The notes below the pieces were generated by a model that saw only the letters and a list, made by a program, of their open reading frames with translations, made no database searches and was not told where the DNA came from. The position numbers and the translations under genes were made by a program. Below, one piece after another: positions 1 through 9,498 of a DNA stretch of 64,000 nt. Each line of letters opens with the position of its first letter. Position 1 is the stretch's first letter. This DNA comes from an uncultured archaeon (GTDB taxonomy: Archaea > Asgardarchaeota > Thorarchaeia > Thorarchaeales > Thorarchaeaceae), in NCBI GenBank assembly GCA_964473825.1, contig CAYYQL010000007.1, forward strand, positions 30,768-94,767. The letters run 5' to 3'.

Positions 1-1
1 C

Positions 2-2188
2 AACTTTGACGAGATATACCTCTACGGAACCAACTGCACCCTCATCGATACCGACGGGGACGGATTGTCGGACTATTACGAGATCTTCGTGAGTGAAACT
101 TCTTCAGTCAATGCTGATACGGACGGGGACGGCATTCCAGACTGGGAGGAGCTCTTCTACTACTTCAGCGATCCGCTCAAAGTGGATTCAGACGGGGATG
201 GGCTCACAGACTACGAAGAGGCCTTTGTCTACTACACTACACTCAACAACACCGATACCGACGGCGATGGGCTCAGTGACTACGATGAAATCAAGGTCTT
301 CGAAACCGACCCGTTAAACCCGGACACGGACGGAGACGGACTCACAGATTCCGAGGAGCTGAACATCTACAACACCGATCCTCTGAAAGCAGACACGGAC
401 GGGGACGGGCTGACTGACGCACAGGAAGTCGCCATCGGTACGAACCCCCGACTGCAAGACACCGATATGGATAAGCTCACCGATTTTGAAGAGAATAACG
501 TGACTCTGACTGACCCCCTCAAGTTCAGCACTCAGGACAACGGAGTTTCGGATGCAGACTGGGATATGGACAATGATATGCTCACCAACATACAAGAGCT
601 GAGACTGACCAAGACAGACCCCCAGAACAATGACACGAATGGCAACGGCATCATAGATGGTCTAGACGATGAGGACAGAGACCTGTTGACCAACTATGAG
701 GAATGTGTCCTAACAAAGACCGACCCCCGAAACAAGGACACAAATGGAAACGGAATCAGCGACTACAACGATGATGAAGACGGAGATGGCCTTAGCAACG
801 GAGATGAAATCAACATCTATGGTACGGATCCGTTATTGAAAGACACAGACGGGGACGGGGTATCTGACTATGATGAGGTCATGGAATACCATACCGACCC
901 CTTGAACGCCGATTCAGACGGCGACGGACTGGACGATGGAGCTGAGATTTTTGAATGTGGAACGAACCCTCTCTCCAATGACACCGATTCCGACCTGCTG
1001 TCTGACTACGAGGAGATCTTCCTGACCGACACCGACCCGACCACAAACATGACTTACCCGGGAATGCTCGACTCGGAATACGACTCTGACGGCGACGGGC
1101 TCTCCAACTTAGATGAGCTGCGAGTCTACGGCACTCATCCTCTTGACCCAGACTCTGATAACGACGACTTGCTTGACGGAAACGAGGTTGAGATCGGGAC
1201 CTCACCAACGGACCCAGACTCCGACTCTGATGATCTCCTGGACGGTCATGAAGTCCTCGTTCTGGGGACCAACCCGCTTTCAAACGATACCGACTTAGAT
1301 GGCTTGTCGGACTACGATGAGGTCATGGTGTACATGACCGACCCCACCTCAGCGGATACAGACAGAGATTGGCTGACAGATTACGATGAGATCCTCATAT
1401 ACGGAACCGATCCTCTTGATTCAGATAGCGATTCAGACGGAGTGACGGACTATGATGAAGTCATCACTCATGGAACCAACCCGTTCTCGGCTGACACTGA
1501 CGAAGATGGGCTCGACGACTACTTCGAGATAATGGTCTCTCTCACGGACCCGACTGATCCAGACACTGATGCCGATGGGATTGATGACGGTACGGAGTAC
1601 AATGTATACAAGACGGACCCAAATAACCCAGACTCTGACGGTGACGGCTGGACCGATTATGAGGAGATATTCGTGTACGGGACGGACCCGCTGGACCCAG
1701 ATATAGATGCTGATGGCATCCCCGACCCACAGGACTGGAACCCCCATCTCCACTGGGCATTCGAGGTGGCGGGTATATCGGGGTTGGCCATTCTTCTAGG
1801 AGTGGTATTCTTCAAGATACGGGAGAGATATGAGGAAACCGAGTACGTGACCGAGGCCGAGCCCTCAAGCATGGGTCTTGAACCGGGAATGGATGTTGCA
1901 GTGGAATACAAGATTCGCGAAGGGAAGGTGGTCTTCGGCGTCGTCATTCGGAACAACTCAAAGAAGCCCATGCAGAATGTGCACGTTGTCTTAGGAATCC
2001 CGGACCTCACCGACGTGATAAAGGGCGAGAACATAGGAGCTGTGGACGTAGGCAGTCTCTCGGTCACAGAGATAGAGTTTGAACTCGAGCCTGGAGCCGA
2101 GGGCGAGCTGGTTGGAATGGTAGAATACGATACCGTAGAAGGCGAGCATCGCATCGTGAATCTCCGCCCGGTCAAAATAGTAGCATGA
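2..2188 (+). CDS. Cell-surface protein with about 25 tandem thrombospondin type-3-like Ca-binding repeats, one C-terminal TM helix and a cytoplasmic tail. 5'-truncated by the window edge.
   Basis: The frame is open from nt 2, so the track start at TTG 65 is an artefact of the window edge. The motif DTDGDG[LI][ST]DxxE recurs every 23-29 aa. A hydrophobic segment AGISGLAILLGVVFFKI sits near residue 570, followed by a roughly 130-aa tail. Stop is TGA at 2186-2188. Confidence 0.8.
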   Translation, partial: NFDEIYLYGTNCTLIDTDGDGLSDYYEIFVSETSSVNADTDGDGIPDWEELFYYFSDPLKVDSDGDGLTDYEEAFVYYTTLNNTDTDGDGLSDYDEIKVFETDPLNPDTDGDGLTDSEELNIYNTDPLKADTDGDGLTDAQEVAIGTNPRLQDTDMDKLTDFEENNVTLTDPLKFSTQDNGVSDADWDMDNDMLTNIQELRLTKTDPQNNDTNGNGIIDGLDDEDRDLLTNYEECVLTKTDPRNKDTNGNGISDYNDDEDGDGLSNGDEINIYGTDPLLKDTDGDGVSDYDEVMEYHTDPLNADSDGDGLDDGAEIFECGTNPLSNDTDSDLLSDYEEIFLTDTDPTTNMTYPGMLDSEYDSDGDGLSNLDELRVYGTHPLDPDSDNDDLLDGNEVEIGTSPTDPDSDSDDLLDGHEVLVLGTNPLSNDTDLDGLSDYDEVMVYMTDPTSADTDRDWLTDYDEILIYGTDPLDSDSDSDGVTDYDEVITHGTNPFSADTDEDGLDDYFEIMVSLTDPTDPDTDADGIDDGTEYNVYKTDPNNPDSDGDGWTDYEEIFVYGTDPLDPDIDADGIPDPQDWNPHLHWAFEVAGISGLAILLGVVFFKIRERYEETEYVTEAEPSSMGLEPGMDVAVEYKIREGKVVFGVVIRNNSKKPMQNVHVVLGIPDLTDVIKGENIGAVDVGSLSVTEIEFELEPGAEGELVGMVEYDTVEGEHRIVNLRPVKIVA
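65..1745 (+). repeat. Coding tandem repeat array (about 70-85 nt per unit) encoding DxDxDGxxDxxE Ca-binding loops.
   Basis: Recurrent gacacggacggggacgg / gataccgacggcgatgg nucleotide motifs translate to DTDGDG. Confidence 0.7.
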
Positions 2189-2196
2189 GATAGTGA

Positions 2197-2233
2197 GATA
2201 GGGTCTAGATGTGGCCAAAAGCAGTCGACCCTA
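2197..2233 (+). terminator. Candidate hairpin 3' of the surface-protein gene (ATAGGGTC - 21-nt loop - GACCCTAT).
   Basis: A perfect 8-bp inverted repeat lies immediately after the stop. A TTAAAT TATA-like box follows at about 2238, some 35 nt before the next ATG. Confidence 0.25.
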
Positions 2234-2274
2234 TTACTTAAATCATTTAGTTCAGAATAACACAATGCCGCGAG

Positions 2275-3582
2275 ATGGGCAAAGCAGGCGGGGCTCCGAT
2301 GACAGATGAAGAGCTACTCCTTGACCTCCGGGAGAGATTAGACCAGCTGGGGATACAGGAGAGAGTTATCCCCGAGAAGATACGCCGACCCTTGGTCATG
2401 ACAAGAATGAGAAGACAGCTGGCCAACAGAGAGGAGGAGCTAGAACGGTCGTTGAGCGCTCTTCAAGACGATGAACTGCTTCCCGAACTCCTGTTCAGAC
2501 TGGGTAATCTGCATCTAGCAGAGGAAGACCTCTCCCGTGCAATCATGCTCTATGAGAAGAGCCTGGAAGATGATGACCGGCAAATCCAGGCATGGATAAA
2601 TCTGGGCCTGGCCAACCTTCTCGATGACCAGCCTCGAGAGGCAATCTCGTGCTTCGGCAGTGCCCTCGCTATCGAACCGGAAAACCCAGAGGCGCTCACC
2701 TACTTGGGTCTTGCGCACCTCGAGATTGGCGAATACGAGATGTGCAAAAGAAACCTGCGAAGTGCAGTTGAAGGCGCCCCGAACAGCGATCGCACCAACC
2801 TTGCGATGGGGTTATTGTTCAAGGAGGAGGGAAACCTCCACGCGGCCATCGGATGGCTAGAAAGGGCCGTCAAAGCAAATCCATCTTGTGTGGGGGCGCA
2901 CCTAGAGCTCGGCAGAGTCCATCTACAGCAGGGCAGCTTTGAGAGGGCGCTCCAGGCACTTGAAAAAGCGAGAAGAGAGGACCCTGAGCAGCATGACGTA
3001 CTCGAGGTCATGGGAGATCTATACTTCAAGATGAAAGACTACATGAAGGCTCTGGAGTACTACGACCTTGCCATCAATCTGAAGATGGACGACCCTGAGC
3101 TCTGGATCAAGAAGGGGGACACTCATGCTGAGAGCAGTTCCTATAGACAGGCATCTGAGGCCTATCTGAGGGCGATGAATGCAGACCCGGGAAGTGTTAT
3201 GGCATGGGTGAAAGCGGGACAGATGCAACTCTTGCTGGGGCATATGGGTGCTGCTCTTGAATACTTCAACACAGCCCTCACTCTGGATCCCAATAACTCA
3301 GACGTAGCCCATAGGAGAGGGCGGATCTATATGGCCATGGATCGATTGGAAGACGCCTTGTCAGATTTCGACCTCGCGTTCTCCACCGACCCGGGAAATC
3401 CGGAACATCTCTACTATCGAGCGCACGTTCTTGAGAAGCTTGAGCGTCTACCTGAGGCGCAGAGAACATGGGAAGTGGCTATGAATCTCTATGAGGAACT
3501 GGAGAAAGCAACACGGATTGCTGAGTGTGGGGCTCGAATCAGACGCATCAAGCGTAGAAGAGAAACAGAAGAATCCAACTAG
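2275..3582 (+). CDS. TPR-repeat protein.
   Basis: Multiple 34-aa units of the form W/LG-Y-A-F-A-P, e.g. AWINLGLANLLDDQPREAISCFGSALAIEPENPEALTYLGLAHLEIGEY. Confidence 0.8.
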   Translation: MGKAGGAPMTDEELLLDLRERLDQLGIQERVIPEKIRRPLVMTRMRRQLANREEELERSLSALQDDELLPELLFRLGNLHLAEEDLSRAIMLYEKSLEDDDRQIQAWINLGLANLLDDQPREAISCFGSALAIEPENPEALTYLGLAHLEIGEYEMCKRNLRSAVEGAPNSDRTNLAMGLLFKEEGNLHAAIGWLERAVKANPSCVGAHLELGRVHLQQGSFERALQALEKARREDPEQHDVLEVMGDLYFKMKDYMKALEYYDLAINLKMDDPELWIKKGDTHAESSSYRQASEAYLRAMNADPGSVMAWVKAGQMQLLLGHMGAALEYFNTALTLDPNNSDVAHRRGRIYMAMDRLEDALSDFDLAFSTDPGNPEHLYYRAHVLEKLERLPEAQRTWEVAMNLYEELEKATRIAECGARIRRIKRRRETEESN

Positions 3583-3595
3583 GCAGTGGATGCTA

Positions 3596-6500
3596 CTACT
3601 CAATACTGCTTGGCAGTGATTTCAACACCTCAACAGACTCAACGTTCGAAACCATCACAAGATAACAGGATAGGGATGTTCGCTCATCCGGAGAGAGAAC
3701 CCTTCTGTCAGCAATGCTGAAGGTCTGAGTCTTGCCGTTTGTGTTGAGTATTTCAAGAGTCCTTCGTGACTTGCATGTTGTGACGATACCCAGAATGGGG
3801 GCGTCAGCATTTTGTATAGCTGCCCAGCCCTCCTCAGGTTCGGGCGCCAGGGCCAACTCGTTCTCCGTCATCACTATCTCTGTCAAGCCGATGTGAAGAG
3901 GAAGCGATATTGCCCTCAGGGGCTTCCCCTGTGGTTCAGTTACACCACGGATACCAAGACTGAATTGGCGTGTCAATCCGCTGGTGTTGTGAGCCGTGAT
4001 CTGCACATGTATCAAGGGGGTGCCAGATAGGAGGAGGTATCTGAGTGTGAATGTCATACCGTGTAGTCCGGGACAATGCTTCAGCACGCTAGTCAATTCG
4101 TAACCGACCCAATGCCCCACCGTGATGTCAGTGATATCCCAGGACTCCTTGGGAACGGCGGACATCCAGTCCCACACACGATAACCAGCAAGCACTGGAG
4201 TGAGCCCTGAATGGAACTTGTCCCACCATATGAATGGCTTGGCATCGGGGAATGTATCATACAAGACCCCTCCTTCCCTGATGTGCTGATAGCGTACAAG
4301 ATTTCCACAGTAGTCGGAAGAAGCAGCAACCTCATACTCTCCTGCTCTGGTTGTCCGTAGTACTATGCCTTCGATGGACTGCTCTTCTCGAGTGATCTCC
4401 AAATCCGAATCGAAGACAACTGCAGTCAATGGTATCGATGCAACGCGATTGGGAAAAACAAGCTCGATTTTTCCGCCTTGGAGAAGCCACGCATCACTCT
4501 CTACGGTTAGAACGAGTGGAATGTGTAAGGGCTGGTCGATGCTCAAACTCATTCCCGGTAGATCGATTTCCTTTCGCTGGTCTATGAAGACACCATCAGG
4601 AGCGATCACCTTCAGGTCAACATTAATTTGGCTCTCGTGAATCACCCGTATCCTAAGCTCCATCTTGTTCTCGTGTGCACGGTCTAGGAATACAGGAGCA
4701 CCGGGAGCTACACGTTCCTGATCTGGGCGTAGGATTTCAACCTCCAAATCAGAACGCAGAAACACTGGAGAAGCCTGGCCAATTGTTGCACCTGTCAGTC
4801 TCCCCCACAGGTCTCGGACGTTCTCCCAGGTCCCCGGACTGAACATCAACCGCAACAGGGGGCTCTTGAAACTCTCATCCACCCCAAGGTCAGGGACCCG
4901 ATACTCGAATCGGGAGATACCCCAGGTGCGCCGCAGACGTGCATCTGCAATGGTATCTGCATCCCAGATGTAACCTAGAACTGCATCTGCACCTGTCCAG
5001 TTCAGAGCACACCAGGACTCTGTATACTCATCAGGATTCTTCGGCAGCTGTTTGATGCCGTTCCACTCGGGTGAGCTCAGACGATACACGTCATTACGAA
5101 GGGGGACGTACATATCGTTACATTCTATCTCGGCCCACCCTCTTATCAAGAGACCAAGATTATCAAGAGCTGCTGATCCCCTGTTTGTCATCTCCACCTC
5201 GATTCCGACGTGTTCGCTGTTTGAGGTCAAGCGATAGATGATTCTAAGATGCAGACCGGGACGATCATTAGATTCGGCCTCCAAGCTGATTTCAGCAACG
5301 TCACCCTGGTTTGTTAGGTGTACGTCAAATTCCTTCTTTTCCCACTCACTGCCGCCTGCAGAGAAGGGATAGCCTACGTCTGGAAGCAGTGCAGCCCACA
5401 TTGGCACCTCAATGGAGAGAGGTTTGTTTGTCAGAATCATAGCGCCCATCGGCGGCTTAGTGCTGATGCCATACCTGATTTGCCTATTTTCCAGAACGTA
5501 CAGGTTATCATGGCTCTCATAGGCATAGGCTCCTGTCTTACCAATCACTGGAATCCTCAGCTTCTTGCTGTTAGCGATTGTTTCTCCGTTACCCTCGTCA
5601 ATGGAGATGACCACTGGCAAAACCAGAAGAGTTTCTTCGACTGGAGCGCCCACATGAATCGTTCTTTCTGCTCTAGAGTCTGCGTCGAGTTTGAAATCAA
5701 ATGTGGAGGGTGAAAGTTCACTTGTGTCAATGAGGACGCGTCCTGCCAACTGCATGCGGGTATTATTCTTGAGACCCAGACCGATCTCTCGTGTTTCGTT
5801 GGGTGCCAAGGCGGGATAACGGGGACTCACGATGAGAGAAATCGCCTCCTGAGGCACTAGGCCATTGAAGAGGTCGATATCCTTCTCGTCGATTCTCACT
5901 TGCCATCGGACTTGAGTCTTCACCTTCACGTCTGGTGTCAGTTCTCTGTCCAAGTGCTTCGCCGCCTGTGACAGGGTATACCTTCCCTGAAGTATGACCT
6001 TGGAACCGTCCTCAACAATCTGTGGAGGTGATGAACTAATACTTGTTACAAGACCCCCGAAGTCCGTATGGTCTAGAGAGATGTTAATGGATGATCCGGT
6101 CTCGTTTCTGATATGTAGATGCCACATAACAGCCCCTAAACCTATGTATCCCACATGGTTCTCAGGTCTTACGTCGACTTCCAAAGTCCGTCCATTAATT
6201 GTCAAAGAGAATCCAGAGATGCCCTTTGCCTCTCGATCCACCGTTACATCCAATATGTCCCCTTCAGCCTCGAAATGATATCTGAAGACCCCAAAGCCGC
6301 CCTCCTTGGTGTCGTCTACCTCTTGACGAATGGTGCGCTTATAGGAGTCATACCAGTAATGGCGATCAAAGAACTCCCTGAACAGGTCGCATGACAGAAT
6401 ACCCGGGATATGGGATTCCATGAGAACCCTTGTACTAGGTACCCAGTTGTAGCCGGTCCGTTTGTATAGAGGTAATGCCTTGAGATTCCCACCCCAGGTG

Positions 6501-6889
6501 TGAAGATCAATCCGTCTCTTACCTTGCCTTGCAGCTGTTTCGGCCGCTTCAATCAGAAGAGCCCGACCAAAGCCCTGCCCTTGGTACTGTGGAGATACCC
6601 CTAGCAGACCAACATACACTGCTTCCTCGTCCAGTTCGCCTTTCGTCACGTTGCAGTGGCCCACTATCTTGCCGTCTTCATATGCCACGATTGTACGAAT
6701 ATCTCTGCTCTTGCTCTTGTCCTCTAGAATGCGCTCGGCGGTGTAGGGAACTCCATGAGTGAATCCTCCGGGCCAGCTGTCTGTGTCGTCAAAAGAGTTG
6801 AAACACTCGGCAAGGAGTGCAGCATCTTCTTCTGTCAATTCAAAGTCCCGCACCTTATCTTGTGTATACTTGGTTATCATATGAGTCAC
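3596..6889 (-). CDS. GNAT N-acetyltransferase domain (about 160 aa) fused to a roughly 930-aa uncharacterised C-terminal region.
   Basis: The N-terminus carries acetyl-CoA-binding motifs: VGLLGVSPQYQGQGFGRALL, and RRIDLHTWGGNLKALPLYKRTGY. The rest is beta-rich with no motif I recognise. Confidence 0.7.
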   Translation of the reverse strand: MTHMITKYTQDKVRDFELTEEDAALLAECFNSFDDTDSWPGGFTHGVPYTAERILEDKSKSRDIRTIVAYEDGKIVGHCNVTKGELDEEAVYVGLLGVSPQYQGQGFGRALLIEAAETAARQGKRRIDLHTWGGNLKALPLYKRTGYNWVPSTRVLMESHIPGILSCDLFREFFDRHYWYDSYKRTIRQEVDDTKEGGFGVFRYHFEAEGDILDVTVDREAKGISGFSLTINGRTLEVDVRPENHVGYIGLGAVMWHLHIRNETGSSINISLDHTDFGGLVTSISSSPPQIVEDGSKVILQGRYTLSQAAKHLDRELTPDVKVKTQVRWQVRIDEKDIDLFNGLVPQEAISLIVSPRYPALAPNETREIGLGLKNNTRMQLAGRVLIDTSELSPSTFDFKLDADSRAERTIHVGAPVEETLLVLPVVISIDEGNGETIANSKKLRIPVIGKTGAYAYESHDNLYVLENRQIRYGISTKPPMGAMILTNKPLSIEVPMWAALLPDVGYPFSAGGSEWEKKEFDVHLTNQGDVAEISLEAESNDRPGLHLRIIYRLTSNSEHVGIEVEMTNRGSAALDNLGLLIRGWAEIECNDMYVPLRNDVYRLSSPEWNGIKQLPKNPDEYTESWCALNWTGADAVLGYIWDADTIADARLRRTWGISRFEYRVPDLGVDESFKSPLLRLMFSPGTWENVRDLWGRLTGATIGQASPVFLRSDLEVEILRPDQERVAPGAPVFLDRAHENKMELRIRVIHESQINVDLKVIAPDGVFIDQRKEIDLPGMSLSIDQPLHIPLVLTVESDAWLLQGGKIELVFPNRVASIPLTAVVFDSDLEITREEQSIEGIVLRTTRAGEYEVAASSDYCGNLVRYQHIREGGVLYDTFPDAKPFIWWDKFHSGLTPVLAGYRVWDWMSAVPKESWDITDITVGHWVGYELTSVLKHCPGLHGMTFTLRYLLLSGTPLIHVQITAHNTSGLTRQFSLGIRGVTEPQGKPLRAISLPLHIGLTEIVMTENELALAPEPEEGWAAIQNADAPILGIVTTCKSRRTLEILNTNGKTQTFSIADRRVLSPDERTSLSCYLVMVSNVESVEVLKSLPSSIE

Positions 6890-7100
6890 TTCCTAGAAGA
6901 AGAGGCAATGAGGTGGGCCTGTAGTTTGAATAAAAGAATTCCGCCCCTAGCAAGCCAGAAGACGCAAGGTAGAGAGAGAACGATGAGGAGTTGAGGAAAT
7001 GTTAATCGATAGACAGAAGCACATGGAAACGTCAAGGCCAAAAGAGTCCGATCAACCTGAGAGATAGAAGGAGAGATGTGGTCTCTCCCCATCTCCTTGG

Positions 7101-7874
7101 TTAGGATACGTTCAGAACAGCGTCCACAGCACCAGTCACGGTGGTTACGGATATTGTAAGTGTCTGTAGCGCTGTGTCATAGTTGGGAGTTGCATAGGTA
7201 TTACCCTCAACCACGTCCCAACCGGTAGGAACAACTTCGACAGTTCCAAAAGTTGCAGATGCCGAGAACTGACCGCCAATTCCGCCGGGCAGCACGAGAA
7301 CAATCGAAATTGCCCCAACTCCTGTCTCTAGACTGAAAGAGGGACTCTCATAAAGATTGGTTGTTGAATCCATGCACAGCGAGATTGCGCCTGTTCCAGT
7401 CTTGAGCGATACGTCACCAACAGAGGCGGTTTCATTCAAGTTCACATTAATCGCACTCGTTCCTGTATCAACATCAATTCTGTAAGCACAACCAGTGCCC
7501 AGCGTAATATTGACACCGGCAGCATGATAGTTCAGAGTGATAGTGGTGGGTCCATAAGACACCACAGGCGCGCCGTGTTGCTGCACAGTATGATTGGGCG
7601 CTTGTGCTACGATTCGATATAATAACGAGGAATCGTTTTGGAATGAAATGGAAACTGCTCCTGCACCAATATCGATATCCAAGAGTACAACATCTGGCAT
7701 GGTCTCCTCAGACCTCTCGAAATTGTACTCGATAGTGTTGTTCCAGTCATGGTTTGTAGTCCAGTTGAAGTAGCTCGTGCCGTAATATGTCAGAAGACCA
7801 ACAGCAATTGCGCCAGCCACGATGACAGCTACGATACACATGACCACGCCCCTATTGCGCGTATAGTTACTCAT
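7101..7874 (-). CDS. N-terminally membrane-anchored DUF4097 'toastrack' (LiaF/PspC-like) domain protein.
   Basis: An N-terminal TM segment CIVAVIVAGAIAVGLL. Repeated beta units of the form TG[TV]GAIS and DVDTGTSAINVNL. Overlaps the upstream regulator by 4 nt. Confidence 0.6.
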   Translation of the reverse strand: MSNYTRNRGVVMCIVAVIVAGAIAVGLLTYYGTSYFNWTTNHDWNNTIEYNFERSEETMPDVVLLDIDIGAGAVSISFQNDSSLLYRIVAQAPNHTVQQHGAPVVSYGPTTITLNYHAAGVNITLGTGCAYRIDVDTGTSAINVNLNETASVGDVSLKTGTGAISLCMDSTTNLYESPSFSLETGVGAISIVLVLPGGIGGQFSASATFGTVEVVPTGWDVVEGNTYATPNYDTALQTLTISVTTVTGAVDAVLNVS

Positions 7875-8512
7875 TGTTCTTTCTTCTCCTTTTCATGGTC
7901 TTTCATAAACGAATGCCACTTCTGTTGGAGTTGTTGATACTCAGTGTCCCTCTCCAAGGCGTATCGCCTCATTATCCGCGATGCATCCTTCTGTACAGAT
8001 TCGGACAGTTGGCGGTATGCTTGCGGATCCTCTATCGGCAAGTTCGAACTAACCTTGTTTTCTCGCTCTATTAGTGGCTGAAGTATCGCAATTGCGTCGT
8101 CTACTTCTTCACCTGGAATCTTGATGCCATATACAGAGAGGCTCGATATCATCGACTCTAGGCGCTTTCGGGCGAACTGGGCCACACCATCATCAGCCTG
8201 CAGCATACCACTCAGCCCAAGACGATACTCTCTTGCCGTGGTGCGATAGTATCTCTGGACTATTCCCGTGACGGTCTGCTCAGTTCGCTCCTGGACAACC
8301 AGACCCGCCTTCTTCAACTTGTCAATATGGTGAAGGATAGTACCGGGATTTTTGTCGAGAGCATCAGCAAGCTGCTTCACCGTCATAGCACTGTTGACCA
8401 GATACTTGAACACTATTTCTGCACGGGTTGGCTCGAAGAGGACCTTGATAGTCTTCGGGTCGTCAATGATGCAGAGATCTTTCATCGTAGGGGGTGATTG
8501 ATTCTCGCCCAA
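7871..8512 (-). CDS. ArsR-family winged-helix transcriptional regulator with a C-terminal coiled-coil extension.
   Basis: The HTH region LFEPTRAEIVFKYLVNSAMTVKQLADALDKNPGTILHHIDKLKKAGLV matches the ArsR/SmtB HTH pattern. Confidence 0.7.
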   Translation of the reverse strand: MGENQSPPTMKDLCIIDDPKTIKVLFEPTRAEIVFKYLVNSAMTVKQLADALDKNPGTILHHIDKLKKAGLVVQERTEQTVTGIVQRYYRTTAREYRLGLSGMLQADDGVAQFARKRLESMISSLSVYGIKIPGEEVDDAIAILQPLIERENKVSSNLPIEDPQAYRQLSESVQKDASRIMRRYALERDTEYQQLQQKWHSFMKDHEKEKKEQ

Positions 8513-8514
8513 GA

Positions 8515-9426
8515 CTATGCACCTCCAATCATTCCGATATTGGGGTGTTCTTCGGCACGACCAGCATCATAATCACCGCTCAAAATCAAGTAGACGCGAG
8601 TCAGCGCAATCACCAGTGACGGCACGAATACAAACACCACAAAGATTCCCATAATTACGCCGTATGTTCCGATGAAGGCCATATTCAAGAAGGGAATCAA
8701 TGTGGAAAAGGCTGCAGCAGGGAGAAAGAGCGCAACAGCGATGAGAACATAGGCAATCCAGACCCCGAAGACACGGTCGAAGTACACTATGCTCATGGTC
8801 ACAGACTGTTTGTATGCTGTGAGTACCGGTACACCATCTATCACGGCGGGTATCATCATTGAAAGCAGGCCTGCGGAGATGATTAGCCACACTGCGCTAA
8901 AGACCGACAGCCCGACAAAGGGGAGGCCCGTGACCAGACCGCCGTATACAAATGCGATGGCAAGTGCAATCATGCCGGGCGGCCCCAGCAATGTCAAGAA
9001 CAGAAGCAGGCCGGCAGCTGCCAGAGGGGCAAACTTGGACCGATACCATGTGAAGACTCCCTCAGCAGTGGTACCCTCACTCTCAACAATCTCACGCCCC
9101 ATCCCAAAGAGTGCACCTATCGCTACGAAGAACGGACTCAGAATGGGAAACATTACCAGAGTACCGACACCCACAGCGCCGAGGGTGCCTGCAATTGTCC
9201 ATTCGGTCTCAACCATCGCGGCAAAGGTGGTAATAATCTCTAATCCATTTCCAAACACAAAGAGCGGGACGAAGACAATCACTGCAATTAACACAAGAAG
9301 TAGCCCAGACACAATAATAACACCGAGCATTCCCAAGAAGAAAGTGACTATGTTCTTTGTCGCGAAGCGGAAGCTCACCTTCAGATCGTGGAGGATTACA
9401 CCAAAATCCGTTTGCTTTTCAGACAT
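8515..9426 (-). CDS. Polytopic membrane protein, paralog A. Unknown family, roughly 6-8 TM helices.
   Basis: The track start at 9495 is probably too long. By alignment with paralog B (MSTTFGTIVDDMKQSLRIAKSNMLSFFLANLGM) the start is MSEKQTDFGVILHDLKVSFRFATKNIVTFFLGMLGV. Hydrophobic throughout. Confidence 0.65.
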   Translation of the reverse strand: MSEKQTDFGVILHDLKVSFRFATKNIVTFFLGMLGVIIVSGLLLVLIAVIVFVPLFVFGNGLEIITTFAAMVETEWTIAGTLGAVGVGTLVMFPILSPFFVAIGALFGMGREIVESEGTTAEGVFTWYRSKFAPLAAAGLLLFLTLLGPPGMIALAIAFVYGGLVTGLPFVGLSVFSAVWLIISAGLLSMMIPAVIDGVPVLTAYKQSVTMSIVYFDRVFGVWIAYVLIAVALFLPAAAFSTLIPFLNMAFIGTYGVIMGIFVVFVFVPSLVIALTRVYLILSGDYDAGRAEEHPNIGMIGGA

Positions 9427-9498
9427 CTTGATTTCACCACATAATAGGAGCAGAGGGCTCGAAGACCGGAGTCCACGACCCTCTACATGAACCACGTT

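Noticed and set aside
93-2265. Many short ORFs in the track embedded in, or antisense to, long genes (for example 93-317, 314-595, 879-1283, 1433-1753, 1657-2265).
   Set aside because: They lie within the repeat-protein gene in other frames. Their composition reflects the repetitive DNA, not independent genes. The same reasoning applies to antisense ORFs inside other long CDSs.
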